From the IMG/VR virus record IMGVR_UViG_3300005805_000181, positions 1 to 40,411 of that record: a stretch of 40,411 nucleotides of DNA, one strand, 5' to 3'. A model generated the notes under the pieces. The model saw only the letters and a program-made list of their open reading frames with translations. It had not been told where the DNA came from and searched no databases. The translations under genes were made by a program, and so were the position numbers. Source of the DNA: a virus (Duplodnaviria; Caudoviricetes). Shown piece by piece: positions 28,600 to 35,660 of the stretch (the stretch's first letter is position 1; the number at the start of each line of letters is the position of its first letter).

Positions 28600-29138
28600 T
28601 GTTTTTAAATATAATCACCCCCTGCACACGCTCTAACAATCTGTTTGAGATAGCAAAAAGCATAAACATCCCACCTGAACAATACAGGTGGATTGTTGTA
28701 TTTGATGCATTAGAGGTTCCTTCAGACATTCCAAAGGAGTGCGAGACTTATGCTGTAAGGGTGGAAGGTAGTGTGTTTGGGAATGGACAAAGGAACTATG
28801 CAATAGACATGGTGGAAAAAGGACACTTGTATTTCAATGATGATGACACCACCATCCACCCAGACCTATGGGAGAATATAAAGGATCTAGAGAGCACACA
28901 GTTCATATCCTTCTCACAGGTGAACAAAGATGGTAGCTTTCGCCTAAGAGGAGATATAATAGGAAATGGTTATATAGACAGCCACAACTTTATTGTCTCT
29001 AAGGAATGTGTAGGAGATAAAAGGTGGTTGTTAAACAGATATGAAGCAGATGGTTTGTTTGCCAATGAATGCTTCAGAGGATCAAAGAGCTGGAAGTTCA
29101 TTCCCAAGGTGCTTTCTGTATACAATTCATTAAAATAA
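28596..29138 (+). CDS. GT-A fold glycosyltransferase
   Basis: IITPC.R, WIVVFD, GN.QRN.A, YFNDDD, ADG.F. Confidence 0.75.
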   Translation: MMFLNIITPCTRSNNLFEIAKSINIPPEQYRWIVVFDALEVPSDIPKECETYAVRVEGSVFGNGQRNYAIDMVEKGHLYFNDDDTTIHPDLWENIKDLESTQFISFSQVNKDGSFRLRGDIIGNGYIDSHNFIVSKECVGDKRWLLNRYEADGLFANECFRGSKSWKFIPKVLSVYNSLK

Positions 29139-29165
29139 AAAAGCCCCATTGATTTGGGGCTCTTA
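29137..29165. terminator. terminator at the convergence of + and - strand regions
   Basis: A run, agcccca-ttgatt-tggggct, then ctta. Confidence 0.7.
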
Positions 29166-29303
29166 TTATTTAGAAAGACGCTTCTGTTTCATAGGCCACA
29201 TCTTACTCTTAAGACGTAGCTTTGTATCAGCTTCTTTCATGTAATTGTCCTTAGGCCTAGGGTTAGTCACCTTAGGCGCTTTACGTGGTTTTCCAGATTT
29301 CAT
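29166..29303 (-). CDS. 45-aa basic peptide (MKSGKPRKAPKV...KQKRLSK), absent from ORF track
   Basis: Read from DNA; TAATG coupling with the upstream gene. Confidence 0.6.
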   Translation of the reverse strand: MKSGKPRKAPKVTNPRPKDNYMKEADTKLRLKSKMWPMKQKRLSK

Positions 29304-29629
29304 TAGCAGCCGTATTTACATTTGCCACCACCTTTCATCATCTTCATTCCACCCATTGCTTTTTTAATAGACTTACCAGCTTTAGCTTTACCAGAATAGT
29401 TCTTACCAATCACCTTCTTATATCCACCAAGTTCAGAGGATACATTCTTCTTAGAAGGAGAAAGAGAAGCACCAGACTTAGCTTTTTTCATCTTCTTACC
29501 GTATTTAGCTTCTTTTTTAGCAGCTACAATAATATCAGCACGTGTAACACCAGGGTTCTTATCAAAACCAGCCTTAACTGACTTCATTCCGAGAGAACCA
29601 CCTTTTTGCATTTTTGATACCTTTGCCAT
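29303..29629 (-). CDS. Lys/Gly-rich basic protein
   Basis: Repeated K(A/M)xxG(G) motifs. Confidence 0.7.
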   Translation of the reverse strand: MAKVSKMQKGGSLGMKSVKAGFDKNPGVTRADIIVAAKKEAKYGKKMKKAKSGASLSPSKKNVSSELGGYKKVIGKNYSGKAKAGKSIKKAMGGMKMMKGGGKCKYGC

Positions 29630-29631
29630 TG

Positions 29632-29865
29632 TTATTTAGATTTTTTGGGTTTAATACCTTTTTTCTTCATTGCGATTGCTGTAGCTGCTTGTTTTGCAAG
29701 TTTACCTCCTAATTTCTTCTTAGGAGCAGCCTTTTTGCTTACGCTAATGTATGGTCCCTTACGTACAGCAGACTTAGGGATCATCTTACCAGGAAACATT
29801 TCGCTGGGTACAGAGTCCACAGCTTTCTTTTTTACTCCAACTTGAGCTTTTTTTATTTGTGCCAT
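29632..29865 (-). CDS. Lys-rich basic protein
   Basis: KKAQVG, KKLGGK, KQAATAIAMKK. Confidence 0.7.
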   Translation of the reverse strand: MAQIKKAQVGVKKKAVDSVPSEMFPGKMIPKSAVRKGPYISVSKKAAPKKKLGGKLAKQAATAIAMKKKGIKPKKSK

Positions 29866-29866
29866 A

Positions 29867-30220
29867 TTAACAATTCCATTTACGAAGTGATTTGTTTATT
29901 CTGCTATTAGGATCTCTTGCTGTTTTAGCACTAGTGTTCTTTCTCTTGTGACCTTCCATCCTAGCACAGAATGACTTCCTACGACCAGCTGCCTTACTTC
30001 CTTTCTTTAGTTTAGAGGGCTTGGTTGTAACAGCCATAGACAGTTTTGATCCAGGGTTCTGTCTACGATAGGATGCTATACCCTTTCTATTAAGACCTCC
30101 AGAAGGATCTTTACCCTCTTTTCTTTGCCAAGCAGGGGACTTACCACCACTTTTCATTTTGGTGGGAAGACTGTTGCGCATCATAGGTGCTTCCTTTAGA
30201 AGCTTCTTAATCCTAGCCAT
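29867..30220 (-). CDS. basic phage protein (DUF6321-like)
   Basis: AWQRKEGK.PSGGLN.KG.ASY, RRKSFCARM.G, SRINKSLRKWNC. Confidence 0.75.
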   Translation of the reverse strand: MARIKKLLKEAPMMRNSLPTKMKSGGKSPAWQRKEGKDPSGGLNRKGIASYRRQNPGSKLSMAVTTKPSKLKKGSKAAGRRKSFCARMEGHKRKNTSAKTARDPNSRINKSLRKWNC

Positions 30221-30573
30221 TATTTCTTACGCATTTTCTTAAGTGTAATAGCAAGACGTGCTCTTTGTCCAAGCTTACCAGGCTTCTTTGCAGCAGCTGC
30301 AAGCTTACCAGCAGCAATGGGTTTACCAGGTTTAGCACCAAGTGACTTACGTAGAGCTCCAGGCTTCTTAATAGCCTTCTGAATCCACTTACCACCCTTG
30401 GCCATAGATGTAGCACCCTGTTGCTTGTCTTTTTTCAAGCTCACCTTGGTCTTTACATTGCGAGGAGGGAGATTCATCTCTTGCACCTTTGTCCATGCTC
30501 CTTGAGGATCAACAGGTCCTACACGCTTACCAGAGGCTTTTAAACCAGCTTGTGCTTTTTTAATACGTCCCAT
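30220..30573 (-). CDS. Lys-rich basic protein
   Basis: KWIQKAIKKPGALR..LG...GKLGQRARLA.TL. Confidence 0.75.
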   Translation of the reverse strand: MGRIKKAQAGLKASGKRVGPVDPQGAWTKVQEMNLPPRNVKTKVSLKKDKQQGATSMAKGGKWIQKAIKKPGALRKSLGAKPGKPIAAGKLAAAAKKPGKLGQRARLAITLKKMRKK

Positions 30574-30575
30574 TG

Positions 30576-30713
30576 TTATTTTCTTTTTGTACTAACTTTT
30601 GAAAGTTTTTTCTTTTCCTTGGTCATCCAATCAACTGCCTGTTTGGATCTCATAGATTTCATCACCTTGCTAAATGCACTTCCTACAGGCCTAGCTTTCT
30701 TAGATCGTGCCAT
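30576..30713 (-). CDS. 45-aa basic peptide (MARSKKARPVG...STKRK), absent from ORF track
   Basis: Read from DNA; exactly fills the gap between neighbours. Confidence 0.6.
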   Translation of the reverse strand: MARSKKARPVGSAFSKVMKSMRSKQAVDWMTKEKKKLSKVSTKRK

Positions 30714-31078
30714 TATTTCTTTTTTCCTTTATACTTATAATCAGGATTGTCCCTGTGCCACTTCTTTGTAGAAGCTACACCTTGTTTAACTGTCTTAGCT
30801 CTGCCTATTCTAGTGAGGTTGATGGTGTCCCATTTTCCTTTGTCCATTGTAGGATGGTTTACCATTATATCTCCTTTCTTACCCTTTGGGGTTTTCTTGG
30901 TGGCTTTATACACTACGTGGTTCTCACCACCAGCTTTTACCTTCACCTTTCCACCACCCTTGAGTGTAGATCCTTTGTATGGTCCTTTCTTTTTAATCAG
31001 AGGACCGTTAGGTACGGGAGTTATAGATCCTTTTATGGATGCAATTGTGTCACCATATTTGGACTTCTTAACTCTCAT
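30713..31078 (-). CDS. Lys-rich basic protein
   Basis: ATG at 31078 (TGATG overlap); VNHP...TINLT...KTVKQGV...KKWH. Confidence 0.7.
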   Translation of the reverse strand: MRVKKSKYGDTIASIKGSITPVPNGPLIKKKGPYKGSTLKGGGKVKVKAGGENHVVYKATKKTPKGKKGDIMVNHPTMDKGKWDTINLTRIGRAKTVKQGVASTKKWHRDNPDYKYKGKKK

Positions 31079-31245
31079 CACTTAGCAGCAGCTCTGATTT
31101 TGCGTTCTTGCTTCAGCATAGCAGCTGTAGGCTTCTTACCAGGCTTACCAGCAGCTTTATTACGCTGAGCTGCAGCACGGATGTTATCCCACAAACCACG
31201 TTGTGAAACAGATCCATCTTTACGTTTGAGCATTTGCTTTTTCAT
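31078..31245 (-). CDS. 55-aa basic protein
   Basis: MKKQMLKRKDGS.SQRGLWDNIRA; ATG at 31245. Confidence 0.7.
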   Translation of the reverse strand: MKKQMLKRKDGSVSQRGLWDNIRAAAQRNKAAGKPGKKPTAAMLKQERKIRAAAK

Positions 31246-31246
31246 G

Positions 31247-31513
31247 TTATTCAGCTTGAGGTTGTTCAACAAACTCTTTTACAACACCTGTCTCTACAGC
31301 TCTAGCAAGAGCATTTTCAACAATGTTGTTAGCTTCGCTAGCTAAAAGGACACGCTGTGCGTCTGGTGAACCTAAAACAGCTCTGAGAGCGTTAAGTACA
31401 ACACCAAATTCTCCTCCTGAGAGGTGAAATACGTCTTCTTGTGACCACCTATACTTCTTGTTAGGGTCATAACTTACCACAGGGGCTTGTTGTTCATTTA
31501 CTACTTCTGCCAT
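31247..31513 (-). CDS. hypothetical protein
   Basis: 88-aa ORF. Confidence 0.7.
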   Translation of the reverse strand: MAEVVNEQQAPVVSYDPNKKYRWSQEDVFHLSGGEFGVVLNALRAVLGSPDAQRVLLASEANNIVENALARAVETGVVKEFVEQPQAE

Positions 31514-31550
31514 ATTATTGATTTTTAATTACAAAGATGATGAATATATT

Positions 31551-31838
31551 TTAATCTTCCAAATTTATTTCAAACACAATTGTTGCAGAGCTCTTGATAC
31601 TTTTAGAAAGGTTCAAATGAATGTGCAACAGGTTGTGTAGTTTTAATATCTCTTCCAGAAGGAGTTGGTTATATTTAGGAAGAGAGGGAGCCAGTCTGAA
31701 GTGATAAGACTTTGGATTCTTAGTTATCTCCATAATGGCTAGCTCATCTACGGAATCTATAACTCCTTCTAGATGTGCGAAATATGCAAGTTCATTATCC
31801 TGCATCACTGGAGGAAAGAACTTCTTGTGTATTTGCAT
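31551..31838 (-). CDS. hypothetical protein
   Basis: 95-aa ORF, TAATG coupling. Confidence 0.65.
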   Translation of the reverse strand: MQIHKKFFPPVMQDNELAYFAHLEGVIDSVDELAIMEITKNPKSYHFRLAPSLPKYNQLLLEEILKLHNLLHIHLNLSKSIKSSATIVFEINLED

Positions 31839-32242
31839 TAACTAAGGGTTAATAAATACTTTGTTTTGGCTGCTTCTCCAGACAATGAATCAGCTAGGTT
31901 TGAGATGTCATGATATCCATTGTTTTCTGCATAGCTCTTCAGGCTTGACGCAAAACTCAAAAGCTCAGAAACAACAGCTGTTGCCTGAGCTCCTCCGATT
32001 GCATCAATCTTATATCCTGATGGACGCTTGCCCATATATCCCATAAGCTTCTCTATCACACCATCTTTGAAGTCATGTACATAATCGTACAATCCTCCAA
32101 GAGCTTGATGTTCTGCATAACTAGTTGTCTGCCAATGTAATAGATGTAGTTGCTCATGAAAATAGGTGAGCTTTGCAGCGATGGAATCCAGTCCCATCTC
32201 TCCACTCTTCATCATTTCCTGAGGGAATATTGATTTAGCCAT
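31838..32242 (-). CDS. phage ferritin/Dps-like protein (DUF5856-like)
   Basis: HLLHWQT.SYAEH.AL...YD......D..IE, C-terminal YLLTL. Confidence 0.75.
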   Translation of the reverse strand: MAKSIFPQEMMKSGEMGLDSIAAKLTYFHEQLHLLHWQTTSYAEHQALGGLYDYVHDFKDGVIEKLMGYMGKRPSGYKIDAIGGAQATAVVSELLSFASSLKSYAENNGYHDISNLADSLSGEAAKTKYLLTLS

Positions 32243-32244
32243 AA

Positions 32245-32463
32245 TTATAAAATTGGTGCTTCAGTGGTAGTGGTGGTAGTAGTGGTTGGTGCTTCAGTGG
32301 TAGTGGTAGTTGTAGTTGTAGGATTACAACACTCATACGCATCAATCTCCTGCCAGTTACCCACCTTAGGTTTGTTTGCTTGTAGGATTAAGCTACCAGC
32401 AATCAAACGTCCTGTACCATCGTAACGTACAAAAGCTTTAAGATTTCTTTTATTGCTTGCCAT
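32245..32463 (-). CDS. small protein, module A plus mucin-like (T8EAP)x2 tail
   Basis: LKAFVRYDGTGR...KPKVG.W.EI.AYECCNP followed by poly-Thr. Confidence 0.75.
   Translation of the reverse strand: MASNKRNLKAFVRYDGTGRLIAGSLILQANKPKVGNWQEIDAYECCNPTTTTTTTTEAPTTTTTTTTEAPIL
32253..32320. repeat. 33-nt tandem duplication encoding PTTTTTTTTEA
   Basis: ttggtgcttcagtggtagtggt at 32253 and 32286. Confidence 0.8.
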
Positions 32464-32467
32464 TTTA

Positions 32468-32881
32468 TTATACTTTAGAGAGTTCGTTATAATTTACTCT
32501 GAGGTATCCAATTGTAGTGTCATATACAACAAATTGAGGATATTTCTCCAGAACTTGTTGAGCTATTACACCTTTTGTAGGATATCCAGATAGTCCCAAC
32601 TCTACAGCTTTGGCGTTCCATGCCCAAGTGTACTCAGGAAGACCACCAACAAATCCACCTGTCATAGAGATGTTCTCTTTAAGACGAATGTCAGATACAG
32701 GAATAAATTCTGTGGTGGAGGTAGTGGTGGTGGTGGGATTGCAGCACTCATATGCAGGAATCTCTACCCACTTCCCAACCTTGGGCTTTTTTCTCCTGAG
32801 AATCAGGCTGCTAGGAACTATTCTCCCAGTACCGTCAAACCTTACAAAGGCTTTGAGAGGGCGTTTATCAATTGTGGCCAT
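32468..32881 (-). CDS. module A paralog with Thr tract and peptidase S74 intramolecular chaperone
   Basis: Same N-terminal ~49 aa as neighbour; SDIRLKENI...GVIAQQV...P..V...GYLRVNY. Confidence 0.75.
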   Translation of the reverse strand: MATIDKRPLKAFVRFDGTGRIVPSSLILRRKKPKVGKWVEIPAYECCNPTTTTTSTTEFIPVSDIRLKENISMTGGFVGGLPEYTWAWNAKAVELGLSGYPTKGVIAQQVLEKYPQFVVYDTTIGYLRVNYNELSKV

Positions 32882-32883
32882 GA

Positions 32884-33900
32884 TTAGTAATTTAGATTAT
32901 ACTTATTTTTAATTTCAAAAAGTTTTGTCAGATAGTGGTGATTGCAGAGTGTCTTACTCTTCTCATCATTCAACACTGTTTGCAGATAGGGATCTGAAAA
33001 AGGATCCTTACCAGCGTGATAGTTTCCCTTGTAGAAGGTGGGGATATCTCCCTGTGTGTTTCCTACAATCCCTGCGTTATGTAGGATGCCCATTTTATCA
33101 AGCTTCTCTATCCTGTCTGAGCTCCATGCAAAGTCTAGCTCTGGTATCACCTTCACCTCTTGTTCTCTCAGCCACAGGTTCCACAGCACAGCCCACATAT
33201 CAGCGCACCAGCTCTGGAATCCCTTACTCTCACTCTCGAAGAACTCTTTATTGATGTTGCCTAGATAGGTCCTAATCACTATACAGTCACTCAGCACCTT
33301 CTCCCAGAAGCTACCCCCTATACCTTTTAATAGGTATTGGGCTCCTCCAGAGTGGTCATTGTGTTCCTCAGCAATTTGTCTGTTGATTCCCACAAGACTT
33401 GTCAGTTCACTAAGAACATCCCTGGTTTTGTAAAGCTCTAGCTTCTCTGGCTTAACATCTTTTATCTTACTATCAAAATATGAAGCGTTGATGTAACTGT
33501 TTGTATTTGATACATAGCATACATCGTCATCTATAAACTTGCTGATGTCAAACTTCTCTGTAAACAGGATGTCTGAATCACAATAGAACACTGCCTTACC
33601 CACCATATCAGGGTGCTCGTTGAAATATCTCATAAGCACATAAGGTCGTATAATGGGTATGTAGATTCCTAGCAAGCTACTCACCTTGTGCTCGTCCTTA
33701 TAAAACACAAAGTCCACCTCTGGGTAGAGTGGAACTATCTGATCCCATTTCTGGTTCCTTTCTCTAAAGGAGGGAGTGAATATAAGTACAATAGCCTTGT
33801 CTGAATGTCCCCTCTCCCTTAAACTCTCCAACCATAAATGCACTTGCCAGGTGTAGTAGACATCATCTGGCTGAGCACAGATGAATTTCAAATCCTTCAT
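32884..33900 (-). CDS. GT-A glycosyltransferase resembling HPAT/SERGT (GT95/GT96) protein O-glycosyltransferases
   Basis: YYTWQ, YIPIIRPY, YCDSDILF (DxD), WCADMWA, ILH. Confidence 0.6.
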   Translation of the reverse strand: MKDLKFICAQPDDVYYTWQVHLWLESLRERGHSDKAIVLIFTPSFRERNQKWDQIVPLYPEVDFVFYKDEHKVSSLLGIYIPIIRPYVLMRYFNEHPDMVGKAVFYCDSDILFTEKFDISKFIDDDVCYVSNTNSYINASYFDSKIKDVKPEKLELYKTRDVLSELTSLVGINRQIAEEHNDHSGGAQYLLKGIGGSFWEKVLSDCIVIRTYLGNINKEFFESESKGFQSWCADMWAVLWNLWLREQEVKVIPELDFAWSSDRIEKLDKMGILHNAGIVGNTQGDIPTFYKGNYHAGKDPFSDPYLQTVLNDEKSKTLCNHHYLTKLFEIKNKYNLNY

Positions 33901-33927
33901 ATATGTAGTTTGTTGGTTTTAGCTAAT

Positions 33928-34077
33928 TTACGGAGCTGCTGTAGTGGTGGTTGTGGTGGTGGTGAAGTTGTTGTTTAAATCACAGAGCTGGCAGGATATA
34001 CCCTCTAGCTGCTTAGCAATTTGCCACAACAGATTCTCTGTTGTACCCCAACCTATTTGTTTACTTGGTATTGGCAT
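33928..34077 (-). CDS. 49-aa protein, module B plus T8 tail, absent from ORF track
   Basis: MPIPSKQIGWGTTENLLWQIAKQLEGISCQLCDLNNNFTTTTTTTTAAP read from DNA. Confidence 0.8.
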   Translation of the reverse strand: MPIPSKQIGWGTTENLLWQIAKQLEGISCQLCDLNNNFTTTTTTTTAAP

Positions 34078-34078
34078 T

Positions 34079-34783
34079 TTAGTATATTTTATTCAGAACA
34101 AATACATCACTATAGATGTTGTTTCCTGTAGAAGCAGCACCCCATTGAGCTGTAACGTCTAATGTATTACTGATTGTTGTATCAAACGTAGTGTTATTAG
34201 TTACATTAAATCCAAACCCTTGAACAGAAGCATTGTTAGTTTTTGTATAATGAAAACTACCTAGTGATACAATAGATGCTACACCAGCAGCTCCAACTTG
34301 TCTAATTGTAAAATCAATATTTAAAGACCACACATCATTTATAACACTACTGCCCAGATTCTGTAGACCGCTATCTAAAAGAAGAACAGATCCAGTCCTC
34401 ACTCTAATTCTAATAGTTTGATTATTGTTAGCATTTATTAGACCACCAAAGATTGCTCTAAAACTATCTCCTACAGAGAATCCGTTTGCAGGAACAGTGA
34501 GTGTACCTACACCACCGTTAATCAAACTAGTTTCTGTAGTGGTGTTAGTGATTATAGTGCTGTTTGCTGTCTGAGCAAAAAGTCCATAACTCACTGATAC
34601 TGGGAGTATTGCAGATGTTCCAGAGCTACCAGCTGTTCCAGATGTACCGCTCGTGCCAGTGATGGTTCCAATATTATCGTTAAGATCACAGAGTTGACAA
34701 CTAGCCCCTTCCAGTTGCTTAGCAATCTGCCACAGCAGGTTATCCTGTGTGCTCCAGCCTATTTGACGTGAAGGTATGGGCAT
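34079..34783 (-). CDS. module B paralog with GTS repeats and beta-rich C-terminal domain (fibre/decoration-like)
   Basis: MPIPSRQIGW...LLWQIAKQLE..CQLC; GTSGTSGTAGSSGTS; Thr/Asn/Gly-rich remainder. Confidence 0.75.
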   Translation of the reverse strand: MPIPSRQIGWSTQDNLLWQIAKQLEGASCQLCDLNDNIGTITGTSGTSGTAGSSGTSAILPVSVSYGLFAQTANSTIITNTTTETSLINGGVGTLTVPANGFSVGDSFRAIFGGLINANNNQTIRIRVRTGSVLLLDSGLQNLGSSVINDVWSLNIDFTIRQVGAAGVASIVSLGSFHYTKTNNASVQGFGFNVTNNTTFDTTISNTLDVTAQWGAASTGNNIYSDVFVLNKIY

Positions 34784-34790
34784 AATTGCA

Positions 34791-34798
34791 CAAATTTA
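34791..34798 (-). promoter_or_regulatory. -7 promoter element for the Thr-rich/GT locus
   Basis: TAAATTTG on the minus strand 8 nt before the ATG at 34783. Confidence 0.5.
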
Positions 34799-34839
34799 TG
34801 CAATAAGTTTTGATTAGCAATGACTTATGTCAAAATTGA

Positions 34840-34989
34840 TTAACCTATGCGATTATAAACAGCTCTAATTAAATTGGTTAGAGTTTGTACCTTTTCAGGC
34901 CAGAATGTGTCCAGGAGGACAAAACTGATTTGAACGGTGCAGCATAGAATTACAAAGGCTAGCGTTAGTTTTAGGATGGTGTTTTTCAT
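34840..34989 (-). CDS. 49-aa membrane peptide, absent from ORF track
   Basis: MKNTILKLTLAFVILCCTVQISFVLL...; ATGA overlap with the upstream gene. Confidence 0.5.
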   Translation of the reverse strand: MKNTILKLTLAFVILCCTVQISFVLLDTFWPEKVQTLTNLIRAVYNRIG

Positions 34990-35114
34990 TTTCCTTGTCC
35001 TCTATATTTTTTGATTGGTTTGTCTTTGGGACCTCTAGATTTGTAGGCTTTACCCTTCTTGCGTTTTCCGAAGGTGACCTTCCTAGATTCCCCGATTGAT
35101 TTTGATTTAGCCAT
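34986..35114 (-). CDS. 42-aa basic peptide ending KKYRGQGK, absent from ORF track
   Basis: MAKSKSIGESRKVTFGKRKKGKAYKSRGPKDKPIKKYRGQGK. Confidence 0.7.
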   Translation of the reverse strand: MAKSKSIGESRKVTFGKRKKGKAYKSRGPKDKPIKKYRGQGK

Positions 35115-35117
35115 GGT

Positions 35118-35660
35118 TTATAGTTTTCTATAGTTGTTTAGAACAGAAGCTATTCTCTTGGCTATGTTCTGTTTGTTAGCCTCATAGAGCTTCATGTCCG
35201 TAAGATTGGTTATAAAGCACACCTCTATAAGTATGTTTTCTGCAGAAGGCCTCATCCATCCTAGCTTCTTTCTAGCTGTTAAAACCTCAGGTTTTACACC
35301 TCTGTCTTTGAAACCCAGGTCAGTGAATATGTTCAAAAGAGATTTAGCCAGCTCTTTCTCAAAAGGAGAAGCTACATCTGGTACAATCACCTCTGATCCC
35401 TTTGCTTCAGGGTTGGAAGCAGCATTCCAATGCAGGTCTAATAGTATATCCTTGCTAGCCACCTTACCTCTCAACCAAGACAGGGTTTGTGAGAGAGCGT
35501 TTCTGTCATCATCCATAGAAGGCACTACACCTAGAGCCTTTAGTTCTCTAGCTACATGGTTTCTGAGGTCAATGGTCAGATCCCTTTCCACATATCCATT
35601 CCCAACAGCACCGCTGTCTTTACCACCATGACCTGCTGATAGGAATATCTTTCTAGACAT
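35118..35660 (-). CDS. endolysin, N-acetylmuramoyl-L-alanine amidase (Amidase_3)
   Basis: SAGHGGKDSGA, E, LHWNA, G.EV, ILIEVCFITN. Confidence 0.9.
   Translation of the reverse strand: MSRKIFLSAGHGGKDSGAVGNGYVERDLTIDLRNHVARELKALGVVPSMDDDRNALSQTLSWLRGKVASKDILLDLHWNAASNPEAKGSEVIVPDVASPFEKELAKSLLNIFTDLGFKDRGVKPEVLTARKKLGWMRPSAENILIEVCFITNLTDMKLYEANKQNIAKRIASVLNNYRKL

Noticed and set aside
2888-28729. Numerous minus-strand ORFs of 60-170 aa within the replication region
   Set aside because: Largely or fully antisense to well-supported genes, with no recognisable motifs
33944-34162. Track ORF MVVVVVV on + strand
   Set aside because: Antisense reading of the poly-Thr gene 33928-34077
32245-34783. 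Diversity-generating retroelement (TR/VR) explanation for the paralog pairs
   Set aside because: No reverse transcriptase in the window; similarity is at the N-termini and differences are not adenine-specific
29285-35631. Plus-strand Phe/Leu-rich ORFs in the late region
   Set aside because: Shadows of Lys-rich and other minus-strand genes
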